Source: Azolla caroliniana (taxonomy: Eukaryota > Plantae > Polypodiophyta). Taken from it: a stretch of 64,000 nucleotides of DNA. A program made the position numbers and the translations under genes. The notes beneath the pieces were generated by a model. The model worked only from the letters and a program-made list of their open reading frames with translations, had not been told where the DNA came from and ran no database searches. The stretch spans positions 1 to 64,000 of the forward strand of contig JBHGNT010000054.1 of the NCBI GenBank assembly GCA_043228905.1. The letters are read 5' to 3'. Below are positions 1 to 14,100 of this stretch, piece by piece; within the stretch, counting starts at the first letter, position 1; each line of letters opens with the position of its first letter.

Positions 1-790
1 AGACATGAAGAAAAAAGCAATTTTGAGGTAGGCGTAGACAAGAGCGCCTCACTGACTAAAAATGTTCATAGATGGCTCGTGTGATATCGAATTTTGGTGT
101 TTAAACATGCAAATCGAAGGTAACGAAACTAGCCATGATATCGAATTAAAAAATCAAGATTTTGCAACTCAGGTCGAGAGACATGAAGAAAAAAGCAATT
201 TTGAGGAAGGCGTAGACAAGAGCGCCTCACTCACTAAAAATGTTCATAGATGGTTTGTGTGATATCGGATTTTGGTGTTTAAACATGCGAATCGAAGGTA
301 ACGAATCTAGCCACGACATGGAATTGAAAAATCAAGATTTTGAAACTCAAGTTGAGAGACATGAAGGAAAAAGCCATTTTGAGGAAGGCGTAGACAAGAG
401 CGACTCAATGAATGAAAATGTTCATAGATGGCTCGTGTGATATCGTATTTTGGTGTTTAAACATGCGAATCGAATGTAACGAATCTAGCCATGATATCGA
501 ATTAAAAAATCAAGATTTTGCAACTCAGGTCGAGAGACATGAAGAAAAAAGCAATTTTGAGGAAGGCGTAGACAAGAGCGCCTCACTGACTGAAAATATT
601 CCTAGATGGCTTGTGTGATATCGGATTTTGGTGTTTAAACATGCGAATCGAAGGTAACGAATTTAGCCATGATATGGAATTGAAAAATCAAGATTTAAAA
701 ACTCAGGTCGAGAGACATAAAGAAAAAAGCAATTTTGAGGAAGCCGTAGACAAGAGCGCCTCACTGACTGAAAATGTTCCTAGATGGCTT

Positions 791-908
791 GTGTGATATC
801 GGATTTTGGTGTTTAAACCTGCGAATCGAGAGACATGAAGAAAAAAGTAATTTTGAGGTAGGCGTAGACAAGAGCGCCTCACTGACTAAAAATGTTCATA
901 GATGGCTC
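791..908 (+). repeat. Truncated 118-bp monomer (60-bp internal deletion)
   Basis: Reads ...AAACCTGCGAATCGA|GAGACATGAAG... ORF stops 796 to 1092 differ by 296 = 2x178-60. Confidence 0.95.
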
Positions 909-1554
909 GTGTGATATCGAATTTTGGTGTTTAAACATGCAAATCGAAGGTAACGAAACTAGCCATGATATCGAATTAAAAAATCAAGATTTTGCAACTC
1001 AGGTCGAGAGATATGAAGAAAAAAGCAATTTTGAGGAAGGCGTAGACAAGAGCGCCTCACTGACTGAAAATGTTCATAGATGGCTTGTGTGATATCGGAT
1101 TTTGGTGTTTAAACATGCGAATCGAAGGTAACGAATCTAGCCATGATATGGAATTGAAAAATCAAGATTTTGAAACTTAAGTCGAGAGACATGAAGTAAA
1201 AAGCAAATTTAAGGAAGCCGTCGACAAGAGCGCCTCAATGAATGAAAATGTTCATAGATTCCTCGTGTGATATCGGATTTTGGTGTTTAAACATGCGAAT
1301 CGAAGGTAACGAATATAGCCATGATATGGAATCGAAAAATCAAGATTTAAAAACTCAGGTCCAGAGACATGAAGTAAAAAGCAAATTTAAGGAAGCCGTC
1401 GACAAGAGCGCCACAATGAATGAAAATGTTCATAGATGGCTTGTGTGATATCGGATTTTGGTGTTTAAACATGCGAATCGAAGGTAACGAATATAGCCAT
1501 GATATGGAATTGAAAAATAAAGATTTTGAAACTCAAGTCGAGAGACATGAAGGA

Positions 1555-2300
1555 AAAAGCAAATTTGAGGAAGGCGTAGACAAGAGCGCCTCACTCACTA
1601 AAAATGTTCATAGATGGCTTGTGTGATATCGGATTTTGGTGTTTAAACATGCGAATCGAAGGTAACGAATATAGCCACGACATGGAATTGAAAAATCAAG
1701 ATTTTGAAACTCAAGTTGAGAGACATGAAGGAAAAAGCCATTTTGAGGAAGGCGTAGACAAGAGCGACTCAATGAATGAAAATGTTCATAGATGGCTCGT
1801 GTGATATTGTATTTTGGTGTTTAAACATGCGAATCGAATGTAACGAATCTAGCCATGATATCGAATTAAAAAATCAAGATTTTGCAACTCAGGTCGAGAG
1901 ACATGAAGAAAAAAGCAAATTTGAGGAAGGCGTAGACAAGAGCGCCTCACTCACTAAAAATGTTCATAGATGGCTTGTGTGATATCGGATTTTGGTGTTT
2001 AAACATGCGAATCGAAGGTAACGAATATAGCCACGACATGGAATTGAAAAATCAAGATTTTGAAACTCAAGTTGAGAGACATGAAGGAAAAAGCCATTTT
2101 GAGGAAGGCGTAGACAAGAGCGACTCAATGAATGAAAATGTTCATAGATGGCTCGTGTGATATCGTATTTTGGTGTTTAAACATGCGAATCGAATGTAAC
2201 GAATCTAGCCATGATATCGAATTCAAAAATCAAGATTTTGCAACTCAGGTCGAGAGACATGAAGAACAAAGCAAATTTGAGGAAGGCGTAGACAAGAGCG
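1555..2300 (+). repeat. Local 2-monomer (356-bp) tandem duplication
   Basis: ORFs 1604/1960 are identical and 1776/2132 near-identical at offset 356; shared variants CCACGACATG, GTTGAGAG, AGCCATTTT, GAATGTAAC. Confidence 0.85.
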
Positions 2301-4700
2301 CCTCACTGACTGAAAATATTCCTAGATGGCTTGTGTGATATCGGATTTTGGTGTTTAAACATGCGAATCGAAGGTAACGAATTTAGCCATGATATGGAAT
2401 TGAAAAATCAAGATTTAAAAACTCAGGTCGAGAGACATAAAGAAAAAAGCAATTTTGAGGAAGCCGTAGACAAGAGCGCCTCACTGACTGAAAATGTTCC
2501 TAGATGGCTTGTGTGATATCGGATTTTGGTGTTTAAACCTGCGAATCGAAGGTAACGAATATAGCCATGATATGGAATTAAAAAATAAACATTTTGATAC
2601 TCATATCGAGAGACATGAAGAAAAAAGCAATTTTGAGGTAGGCGTCGACAAGAGCGCCACAATGAATGAAAATGTTCATAGAATCCTCGTGTGATATCGG
2701 ATTTAGGTTTTTAAACATGCGAATCGAAGGTAACAAAACTAGCCATGATATGGAATTAAAATATCAAGATTTTGAAACTCAGGTTGAGAGAAGTGAAGAA
2801 AAAAGCAATTTTGAGGAAGGCGTAGACAAGTGCGCCTCACTGACTGAAAATGTTCATAGATGGCTCGTGTGATATCGGGTTTTGGTGTTTAAACATGCGA
2901 ATTGAAGGTAACGAATCTAGCCATGATATGGAATTGAAAAATCAAGATTTTGAAACTCAAGTCGAGAGACATGAAGAAAAAAGCAAATTTGAGGAAGGCG
3001 TAGACAAGAGCGACTCAATGAATGAAAATGTTCCTAGATGGCTTGTGTGATATCGGATTTTGGTGTTTAAACCTGCGAATCGAAGGTAACGAATATAGCC
3101 ATGATATGGAATTGAAAAATCAAGATTTAAAAACTCAGGTCCAGAGACATGAAGTAAAAAGCAAATTTAAGGAAGCCGTCGACAAGAGCGCCACAATGAA
3201 TGAAAATGTTAATAGATTCCTCGTGTGATATCGGATTTTGGTGTTTAAACATGCGAATCGAAGGTAACGAAACTAGCCATGATATGGAATTAAAAAATCA
3301 AGATTTTGAAACTCAAGTTGAGAGACATGAAGGAAAAAGCCATTTTGAGGAAGGCGTAGACAAGAGCGACTCAATGAATGAAAATGTTCATAGATGGTTC
3401 GTGTGATATCGTATTTTGGTGTTTAAACATGCGAATCGAAGGTAACGAATCTAGCCATGATATCGAATTAAAAAATCAAGATTTTGCAACTCAGGTCGAG
3501 AAACATGAAGAAAAAAGCAATTTTGAGGAAGGCGTAGACAAGAGCGCCTCACTGACTGAAAATATTCCTAGATGGCTTGTGTGATATCGGATTTTGGTGT
3601 TTAAACATGCGAATCGAAGGTAACGAATTTAGCCATGATATGGAATTGAAAAATCAAGATTTAAAAACTCAGGTCGAGAGACATAAAGAAAAAAGCAATT
3701 TCGAGGAAGCCGTAGACAAGAGCGCCTCACTGACTGAAAATGTTCCTAGATGGCTTGTGTGATATCGGATTTTCGTGTTTAAACCTGCGAATCGAAGGTA
3801 ACGAATATAGCTATGATATGGAATTAAAAAATAAACATTTTGATACTCATATCGAGAGACATGAAGAAAAAAGCAATTTTGAGGTAGGCGTCGACAAGAG
3901 CGCCACAATGAATGAAAATGTTCATAGAATCCTCGTGTGATATCGGATTTAGGTTTTTAAACATGCGAATCGAAGGTAACGAAACTAGCCATGATATGGA
4001 ATTAAAATATCAAGATTTTGAAACTCAGGTTGAGAGAAGTGAAGAAAAAAGCAATTTTGAGGAAGGCGTAGACAAGTGCGCCTCACTGACTGAAAATGTT
4101 CATAGATGGCTCGTGTGATATCGGGTTTTGGTGTTTAAACATGCGAATTGAAGGTAATGAATCTAGCCATGATATGGAATTGAAAAATCAAGATTTTGAA
4201 ACTCAAGTCGAGAGACATGAAGAAAAAAGCAAATTTGAGGAAGGCGTAGACAAGAGCGACTCAATGAATGAAAATGTTCCTAGATGGCTTGTGTGATATC
4301 GGATTTTGGTGTTTAAACCTGCGAATCGAAGGTAACGAATATAGCCATGATATGGAATTGAAAAATCAAGATTTAAAAACTCAGGTCCAGAGACATGAAG
4401 TAAAAAGCAAATTTAAGGAAGCCGTCGACAAGAGCGCCACAATGAATGAAAATGTTAATAGATTCCTCGTGTGATATCGGATTTTGGTGTTTAAACATGC
4501 GAATCGAAGGTAACGAAACTAGCCATGATATGGAATTAAAAAATCAAGATTTTGAAACTCAAGTTGAGAGACATGAAGGAAAAAGCCATTTTGAGGAAGG
4601 CGTAGACAAGAGCGACTCAATGAATGAAAATGTTCATAGATGGCTCGTGTGATATCGTATTTTGGTGTTTAAACATGCGAATCGAAGGTAACGAATCTAG
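2150..4700 (+). repeat. 7-monomer HOR (1246 bp), two tandem copies
   Basis: ORF pairs 2331/3577, 2494/3740, 2666/3912, 2850/4096, 3022/4268, 3200/4446 all at offset 1246 = 7x178; private variants GAATCCTCG, ATTTAGGTTTTTAAAC, GAATTTAGCC in both copies. Confidence 0.93.
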
Positions 4701-6889
4701 CCATGATATGGAATTAAAAAATAAAGATTTTGATACTCAGATCGAGAGACATGAAGAAAAAAGCAAATTTGAGGAAGGCGTAGACAAGAGCGCCTCACTG
4801 ACTGAAAATGTTCCTAGATGGCTTGTGTGATATCGGATTTTGGTGTTTAAACATGCGAATCGAAGGTCACGAATCTAGCCATGATATGGAATTAAAAAAT
4901 CAAGATTTTGAAACTCAAGTCAAGATACATGACGATAACAGCAATTTTGAGGAAGGCGTAGACAAAAGCGCCTCACTGACTGAATATGTTCATAGATTCC
5001 TCGTGTGATATCGGATTTTGGGGTTTAAACATGCGAATCTAAGGTAACGAATCTAGCCATGATATGGAATTAAAAAATCAAGATTTTGAAACTCAAGCCA
5101 AGATACATGACAAAAACAAGAATTTTGAGGAAGGCGTAGACATGTGCGCCTCACTGACTGAAAATGTTCATAGATGGCTCGTGTGATATCGGATATTGGT
5201 GTTTAAACATGTGAATCGAAGGTAACGAATATAGCAATGATATGGAATTAAAAATTAAACATTTTGATACTCATATCGAGAGACATGAAGAAAAAAGCAA
5301 TTTTGAGGTAGGCGTAGACAAGAGCGCCTCACTGACTAAAAATGTTCATAGATGGCTCGTGTGATATCGAATTTTGGTGTTTAAACATGCAAATCGAAGG
5401 TAACAAAACTAGCCATGATATCGAATTAAAAAATCAAGATTTTGCAACTCAGGTCGAGAGACATGAAGAAAAAAGCAATTTTGAGGAAGGCGTAGACAAG
5501 AGCGCCTCACTGACTGAAAATGTTCATAGATGGCTTGTGTGATATCGGATTTTGGTGTTTAAACATGCGAATCGAAGGTAACGAATATAGCCACGACATG
5601 GAATTGAAAAATCAAGATTTTGAAACTCAAGTCGAGAGACATGAAGAAAAAAGCAATTTTGAGGAAGGCGTAGACAAGAGCGCCTCACTGACTGAAAATG
5701 TTCATAGATGGCTCGTGTGATATCGGATTTTGGTGTTTAAACATGAAAATCGAAGGTAACGAATATAGCCATGATATGGAATTGAAAAATCAAGATTTAA
5801 AAACTCTGGTCGAGAGACATAAAGAAAAAAGCAATTTTGAGGAAGCCGTAGACAAGAGCGCCTCACTGACTGAAAATGTTCCTAGATGGCTTGTGTGATA
5901 TCGGATTTTGGTGTTTAAACCTGCGAATCGAAGGTAACGAATATAGCCATGATATGGAATTGAAAAATCAAGATTTTCAAATTCAAGTCGAGAGACATGA
6001 AGGAAAAAGCAAATTTGAGGAAGGCGTAGACAAGAGCGCCTCACTTACTAAAAATGTTCATAGATGGCTCGTGTGATATCGGATTTTGGTGTTTAAACAT
6101 GCGAATCGAAGGTAACGAATCTAGCCATGATATGGAATTAAAAAATCAAGATTTTGAAACTCAAGTCGAGAGACATGAAGGAAAAAGCCATTTTGAGTAA
6201 GGCGTAGACAAGAGCGCCTCACTGAATGAAAATGTTCATAGATGGCTCGTGTGATATCGGATTTTGGTGTTTAAACATGCGAATCGAAGCTAACGAATCT
6301 ATTCATGATATGGAATTAAAAAATAAAGATTTTGATACTCATATCGAGAGACATGAAGAAGAAAGCAATTTTGAGGAAGGCGTAGACAAGAGCGCCTCAC
6401 TGACTGAATATGTTCCTAGATGGCTTGTGTGATATCGGATTTTGGTGTTTAAACATGCGAATCGAAGGTAACGAATATAGCCATGATATGGAATTGAAAA
6501 ATCAAGATTTAAAAACTCTGGTCGAGAGACATAAAGAAAAAAGCAATTTTGAGGAAGGCGTAGACAAGAGCGCCTCACTGACTGAAAATGTTCCTAGATG
6601 GATTGTGTGATATCGGATTTTGGTGTTTAAACCTGCGAATCGAAGGTAACGAATATAGCCATGATATGAAATTGAAAAATCAAGATTTAAAAACTCAGGT
6701 CCAGAGACATGAAGTAAAAAGGAAATTTAAGGAAGGCGTCGACAAGAGCGCCTCAATGGATGAAAAGGTTCATAGATTCCTCGTGTGATATCGGATTTTG
6801 GTGTTTAAACATGCGAATCGAAGGTAACGAATCTAGCCATGATATGGAATTAAAAAATAAAGAATTTGATACTCATATCGAGAGACATG

Positions 6890-7490
6890 AAGAAAAAAGC
6901 AATTTTGAGGTAGGCGTAGACAAGAGCGCCTCACTGACTAAAAATGTTCATAGATGGCTCGTGTGATATCGAATTTTGGTGTTTAAACATGCAAATCGAA
7001 GGTAACGAAACTAGCCATGATATCGAATTAAAAAATCAAGATTTTGCAACTCAGGTCGAGAGATATGAAGAAAAAAGCAATTTTGAGGAAGGCGTAGACA
7101 AGAGCGCCTCACTGACTGAAAATGTTCATAGATGGCTTGTGTGATATCGGATTTTGGTGTTTAAACATGCGAATCGAAGGTAACGAATCTAGCCATGATA
7201 TGGAATTGAAAAATCAAGATTTTGAAACTTAAGTCGAGAGACATGAAGTAAAAAGCAAATTTAAGGAAGCCGTCGACAAGAGCGCCTCAATGAATGAAAA
7301 TGTTCATAGATTCCTCGTGTGATATCGGATTTTGGTGTTTAAACATGCGAATCGAAGGTAACGAATATAGCCATGATATGGAATCGAAAAATCAAGATTT
7401 AAAAACTCAGGTCCAGAGACATGAAGTAAAAAGCAAATTTAAGGAAGCCGTCGACAAGAGCGCCACAATGAATGAAAATGTTCATAGATT
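6890..7490 (+). repeat. Dispersed copy of about 3.4 monomers from ~840-1435 (offset 6052 = 34x178)
   Basis: Private variants GAGATATGAAG, GAAACTTAAGTC and GGAATCGAAAA occur in the same order at ~1010/1175/1330 and ~7060/7228/7382; ORF 892 = 6944, 1242 ~ 7294. Confidence 0.88.
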
Positions 7491-8349
7491 CCTCGTGTGA
7501 TATCGGATTTTGGTGTTTAAACATGCGAATCGAAGGTAACGAATATAGCCATGATATGGAATTGAAAAATAAAGATTTTGAAACTCAAGTCGAGAGACAT
7601 GAAGGAAAAAGCAAATTTGAGGAAGGCGTAGACAAGAGCGCCTCACTTACTAAAAATGTTCATAGATGGCTCGTGTGATATCGGATTTTGGTGTTTAAAC
7701 ATGGGAATCGAAGGTAACGAATCTAGCCATGATATGGAATTAAAAAATAAACATTTTGATACTCATATCGAGAGACATGAAGAAAAAAGCAATTTTGAGG
7801 TAGGCGTAGACAAGAGCGCCTCATTGACTAAAAATGTTCATAGATGGCTCGTGTGATATCGGATTTTGGTGTTTAAACATGCAAATCGAAGGTAACGAAA
7901 CTAGCCATGATATCGAATTAAAAAATCAAGATTTTGCAACTCAGGTCGAGAGACATGAAGAAAAAAGCAATTTTGAGGAAGGCGTCGACAAGAGCGCCAC
8001 AATGAATGAAAATGTTCATAGATTCCTCGTGTGATATCGGTATTTGGTGTTTAAACATGCGAATCGAAGGTAACGAATATAGCCATGATATGGAATTGAA
8101 AAATCACGATTTAAAAACTCAGGCCTAGAGACATAAAGTGAAAAGCAAATTTAAGGAAGGTGTCGACAAGAGCGCCACAATGAATGAAAATGCTCATAGA
8201 TTGCTCGTGTGATATCGGATTTTGGTGTTTAAACATGAAAATCGAAGGTAACGAATATAGCCATGATATGGAATTGAAAAATCAAGATTTAAAAACTCTG
8301 GTCGAGAGACATAAAGAAAAAAGCAATTTTGAGGAAGGCGTAGACAAGA

Positions 8350-10330
8350 GTGCCTCACTGACTGGAAATGTTCCTAGATGGCTTGTGTGATATCGGATTT
8401 TGGTGTTTAAACATGCGAATCGAAGGTAACGAATATAGCCATGATATGGACTTAAAAAATCAAGATTTAAAAACTCTGGTCGAGAGACATGAAGTGAAAA
8501 GCAAATTTCAGGAAGGCGTAGACAAGAGCGCCTCAATGGATGAAAATGTTCATAGATTCCTCGTGTGATATCGGATTTTGGTGTTTAAACATGCGAATCG
8601 AAGGTAACGAATATAACCATGATATGGAATTAAAAAATAAAGATTTTGAAACTCAGGTCGAGAGACATGAAGAAAAAAGCAATTTTGAGGAAGGCGTCGA
8701 CAAGAGCGACTCAATGAATGAAAATGTTCATAGATGGCTCGTGTGATATCGTATTTTGGTGTTTAAACATGCGAATCGAAGGTAACGAATCTAGCCATGA
8801 TATGGATTTAAAAAATAAAGATTTTGATACTCATATTGAGAGACATGAAGAAAAAAGCAAATTTGAGGAAGGCGTAGACAAGAGCGCCTCACTGACTGAA
8901 AATGTTCGTAGATGGCTTGTGTGATATCGGATTTTGGTGTTCAAACATGCGAATCGAAGGTAACGAATATAGCCATGATATGGAATTAAAATATCAAGAT
9001 TTTGAAACTCAGGTCGAGAGAAGTGAAGAAAAAAGCAATTTTGAGGAAGGCGTAGACATGTGCGCCTCACTGACTGAAAATGTTCATAGATGGCTCGTGT
9101 GATATCGGGTTTTGGTGTTTAAACATGTGAATCGAAGGTAACGAATATAGCAATGATATGGAATTAAAAATTAAACATTTTGATACTCATATCGAGAGAC
9201 ATGAAGAAAAAAGCAATTTTGAGGTAGGCGTAGACAAGAGCGCCTCACTGACTGAAAATGTTCCTAGATGGCTTGTGTGATATCGGATTTTGGTGTTTAA
9301 ACATGCGAATCGAAGGTAACGAATATAGCCATGATATGGAATTGAAAAATCAAGATTTAAAAACTCTGGTCGAGAGACATAAAGAAAAAAGCAATTTTGA
9401 GGAAGGCGTAGACAAGAGCGCCTCACTGACTGAAAATGTTCCTAGATGGCTTGTGTGATATCGGATTTTGGTGTTTAAACCTGCGAATCGAAGGTAACGA
9501 ATATAGCCATGATATGGAATTGAAAAATCAAGATTTAAAAACTCAGGTCCAGAGACATGAAGTAAAAAGCAAATTTAAGGAAGCCGTCGACAAGAGCGCC
9601 ACAATAAATGAAAATACTAATAGATTCCTCATGTGATATCGGATTTTGGTGTTTAAACATGCGAATCGAAGGTAACGAAACTAGCCATGATATGGAATTT
9701 AAAAATCAAGATTTTGAAACTCAAGTTGAGAGACATGAAGGAAAAAGCCATTTTGAGGAAGGCGTAGACAAGAGCGACTCACTGACTGAAAATGTTCCTA
9801 GATGGCTTGTGTGATATCGGATTTTGGTGTTTAAACATGCGAATCGAAGGTAACGAATATAGCCATGATATGGAATTAAAAAATCAAGATTTAAAAACTC
9901 TGGTCGAGAGACATGAAGTGAAAAGCAAATTTAAGGAAGGCGTAGACAAGAGCGCCTCAATGGATGAAAATGTTCATAGATTCCTCGTGTGATATCGGAT
10001 TTTGGTGTTTAAACATGCGAATCGAAGGTAATGAATATAGCCATGATATGGAATTAAAAAATAAAGATTTTGAAACTCAGGTCGAGATACATGAAGAAAA
10101 AAGCAATTTTGAGGAAGGCGTCGACAAGAGCGACTCAATGAATGAAAATGTTCATAGATGGCTCGTGTGATATCGTATTTTGGTGTTTAAACATGCGAAT
10201 CGAAGGTAACGAATCTAGCCATGATATGGATTTAAAAAATAAAGATTTTGATACTCATATCGAGAGACATGAAGAAAAAAGCAAATTTGAGGAAGGCGTA
10301 GACAAGAGCGCCTCACTGACTGAAAATGTT
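8350..10330 (+). repeat. Partial 8-monomer HOR (offset 1424): ~8350-8905 repeated at ~9775-10330
   Basis: ORF pairs 8368/9792, 8540/9964, 8718/10142 at offset 1424 = 8x178, with a few substitutions. Confidence 0.75.
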
Positions 10331-11199
10331 CCTAGATGGCTCGTGTGATATCGGGTTTTGGTGTTTAAACATGCGAATCGAAGGTAACGAATATAGCCAT
10401 GATATGGAATTGAAAAATCAAGATTTAAAAACTCAGGTCCAGAGACATGAAGTAAAAAGCAAATTTAAGGAAGCCGTCGACAAGAGCGCCACAATGAATG
10501 AAAATGTTAATAGATTCCTCGTGTGATATCGGATTTTGGTGTTTAAACATGCGAATCGAAGGTAACGAAACTAGCCATGATATGGAATAAAAAAATGAAG
10601 ATTTTCAAACTCAAGTCAAGAGACATGAAGCAAAAAGCAATTTTGAGGAAGGCGTAGACAAGAGCGACTCAATGAATGCAAATGTTCATAGATTCCTCGT
10701 GTGATATCGGATTTTTGTGTTTAAACATGCGAATCGAAGGTAACGAATATAGCCATGATATGGAATCTAAAAATCAAGATTTAAAAACTCAGGTCCAGAG
10801 ACATGAAGTAAAAAGCAATTTTGAGGTAGGCGTAGACAAGAGCGCCTCACTGACTAAAAATTTTCATAGATGGCTCGTGTGATATCCAATTTTGGTGTTT
10901 AAACAAGCAAATCGAAGGTAACGAAACTAGCCATGATATCGAATTAAAAAATCAAGATTTTGCAACTCAGGTCGAGAGACATGAAGAAAAAAGCAATTTT
11001 GAGGAAGGCGTAGACAAGAGCGCCTCACTGACTGAAAATGTTCATAGATGGCTTGTGTGATATCGGATTTTGGTGTTTAAACATGCGAATCGAAGGTAAC
11101 GAATAAAGCCATGATATGGAATTGAAAAATCAAGATTTAAAAACTCAGGTCCAGAGACATAAAGAGAAAAGCAAATTTGAGGAAGACGTAGACAAGAGC

Positions 11200-14100
11200 G
11201 CCTCACTGAATGAAAATGTTCATAGATGGCTTGTGTGATATCGGATTTTGGTGTTTAAAATTGCGAATCGAAGGTAACGAATATAGCCATGATATGGAAT
11301 TGAAAAATCAAGATTTAAAAACTTTGGTCGAGAGACATGAAGTGAAAAGCAAATTTAAGGAAGGCATAGACAAGAGCACCTCAATGGATGAAAATGTTCA
11401 TAGATTCCTCGTGTGATATCGGATTTTGGTGTTTAAACATGCGAATCGAAGGTAACGAATCTAGTCATGATATGGATTTAAAAAATAAAGATTTTGAAAC
11501 TCAGGTCGAGAGACATGAAGAAAAAAGCAATTTTGAGGAAGGCGTCGACAAGAGCGCCACAATGAATGAAAATGTTCATAGATTCCTCGTGTGATATCGG
11601 ATTTTGGTGTTTAAACATGCGAATCGAAGGTAACGAATATAGCCATGATATGGAATTGAAAAAATCAAGATTTAAAAACTCAGGTCGAGAGACATAAAGT
11701 AAAAAGCAAATTTAAGGAAGGTGTCGACAAGAGCGCCACAATGAATGAAAATGCTCATAGATTGCTCGTGTGATATCGGATTGTGGTGTTTAAACATGCG
11801 AATCGAAGGTAACGAATATAGCCATGATATGGAATTGAAAAATCAAGATTTAAAAACTCTAGTCGAGAGACATGAAGTGAGAAGCAAATTTAAGGAAGGC
11901 GTAGACAAGAGCGCCTCAATGGATGAAAATGTTCATAGATTCCTCGTGTGATATCGGATTTTGGTGTTTAAACATGCGAATCAAAGGTAACGAATATAGC
12001 CATGATATGGAATTAAAAAATCAAGATTTTCAAACTCAAGTCGAGAGACATGAAGGAAAAAGCAAATTTGAGGAAGGCGTAGACAAGAGCGCCTCACTTA
12101 CTAAAAATGTTCATAGATGGCTCGTGTGATATCGGATTTTGGTGTTTAAACATGCGAATCGAAGGTAACGAATCTAGCCATCATATGGAATTAAAAAATA
12201 AAGAATTTGAAACTCAGGTCGAGAGACATGAAGAAAAAAGCAATTTTGAGGAAGGCGTCGACAAGAGCGCCACAATGAATGAAAATGCTCATAGATTGCT
12301 CGTGTGATATCGGATTTTGGTGTTTAAACATGCAAATCGAAGGTAACGAAACTAGCCATGATATCGAATTGAAAAATCAAGATTTTGAAACTCAAGTCGA
12401 GAGACATGAAGAAAAAAGCAATTTTGAGGAAGGCGTAGACAAGAGCGCCTCACTTACTAAAAATGTTCATAGATGGCTCGTGTGATATCGGATTTTGGTG
12501 TTTAAACATGCGAATCGAATGTAACGAATCTAGCCATCATATGGAATTAAAAAATAAAGAATTTGATACTCATATCGAGAGACATGAAGAAAAAAGCAAT
12601 TTTGAGGTAGGCGTAGACAAGAGCGCCTCACTGACTAAAAATGTTCATAGATGGCTCGTTTGATATCGGATTTTGGTGTTTAAACATGCAAATCGAAGGT
12701 AACGAAACTAGCCATGATATCGAATTGAAAAATCAAGATTTTGAAACTCAAGTCGAGAGACATGAAGAAAAAAGCAATTTTGAGGAAGGCGTAGACAAGA
12801 GCGCCTCACTGACTGAAAATGTTCCTAGATGGCTTGTGTGATATCGGATTTTGGTGTTTGAACCTGCGAATCGAAGGTAACGAATATAGCCATGATATGG
12901 AATTGAAAAATCAAGATTTAAAAACTCAGGTCCAGAGACATGAAGTCAAAAGCAAATTTAAGGAAGCCGTCGACAAGAGCGCCACAATGAATGAAAATAC
13001 TAATAGATTGCTCGTGTGATATCGGATTTTGGTGTTTAAACATGCGAATCGAAGGTAACGAGTATAGCCATGATATGGAATTGAAAAATCAAGATTTAAA
13101 AACTCTAGTCGAGAGACATGAAGTGAGAAGCAAATTTAAGGAAGGCGTAGACAAGAGCGCCTCAATGGATGAAAATGTTCATAGATTCCTCGTGTGATAT
13201 CGGATTTTGGTGTTTAAACATGCGAATCAAAGGTAACGAATATAGCCATGATATGGAATTAAAAAATCAAGATTTTCAAACTCAAGTCGAGAGACATGAA
13301 GGAAAAAGCAAATTTGAGGAAGGCGTAGACAAGAGCGCCTCACTTACTAAAAATGTTCATAGATGGCTCGTGTGATATCGGATTTTGGTGTTTAAACATG
13401 CGAATCGAAGGTAACGAATCTAGCCATCATATGGAATTAAAAAATAAAGAATTTGATACTCATATCGAGAGACATGAAGAAAAAAGCAATTTTGAGGTAG
13501 GCGTAGACAAGAGCGCCTCACTGACAAAAAATGTTCATAGATGGCTCGTTTGATATCGTATTTTGGTGTTTAAACATGCAAATCGAAGGTAACGAAACTA
13601 GCCATGATATGGATTTAAAAAATAAAGATTTTGATACTCATATCGAGAGACATGAAGAAAAAAGCAAATTTTGAGGAAGGCGTAGACAAGAGCGCCTCAC
13701 TGACTGAAAATGTTCCTAGATGGCTTCTGTGATATCGGATTTTGGTGTTTAAACCTGCGAATCGAAGGTAACGAATATAGCCATGATATGGAATTGAAAA
13801 ATCAAGATTTAAAAACTTTGGTCGAGAGACATGAAGTGAAAAGCAAATTTAAGGAAGGCATAGACAAGAGCACCTCAATGGATGAAAATGTTCATAGATT
13901 CCTCGTGTGATATCGGATTTTGGTGTTTAAACATGCGAATCGAAGGTAACGAATCTAGTCATGATATGGATTTTAAAAATAAAGATTTTGAAACTCAGGT
14001 CGAGAGACATGAAGAAAAAAGCAATTTTGAGGAAGGCGTCGACAAGAGCGCCACAATGAATGAAAATGTTCATAGATTCCTCGTGTGATATCGGATTTTG

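Noticed and set aside
100-130. CENP-B box-like motif on the minus strand (TTCGTTACCTTCGAT)
   Set aside because: Only about 6 of the 9 essential positions of TTCG----A--CGGG match; the A and the final GG are absent.
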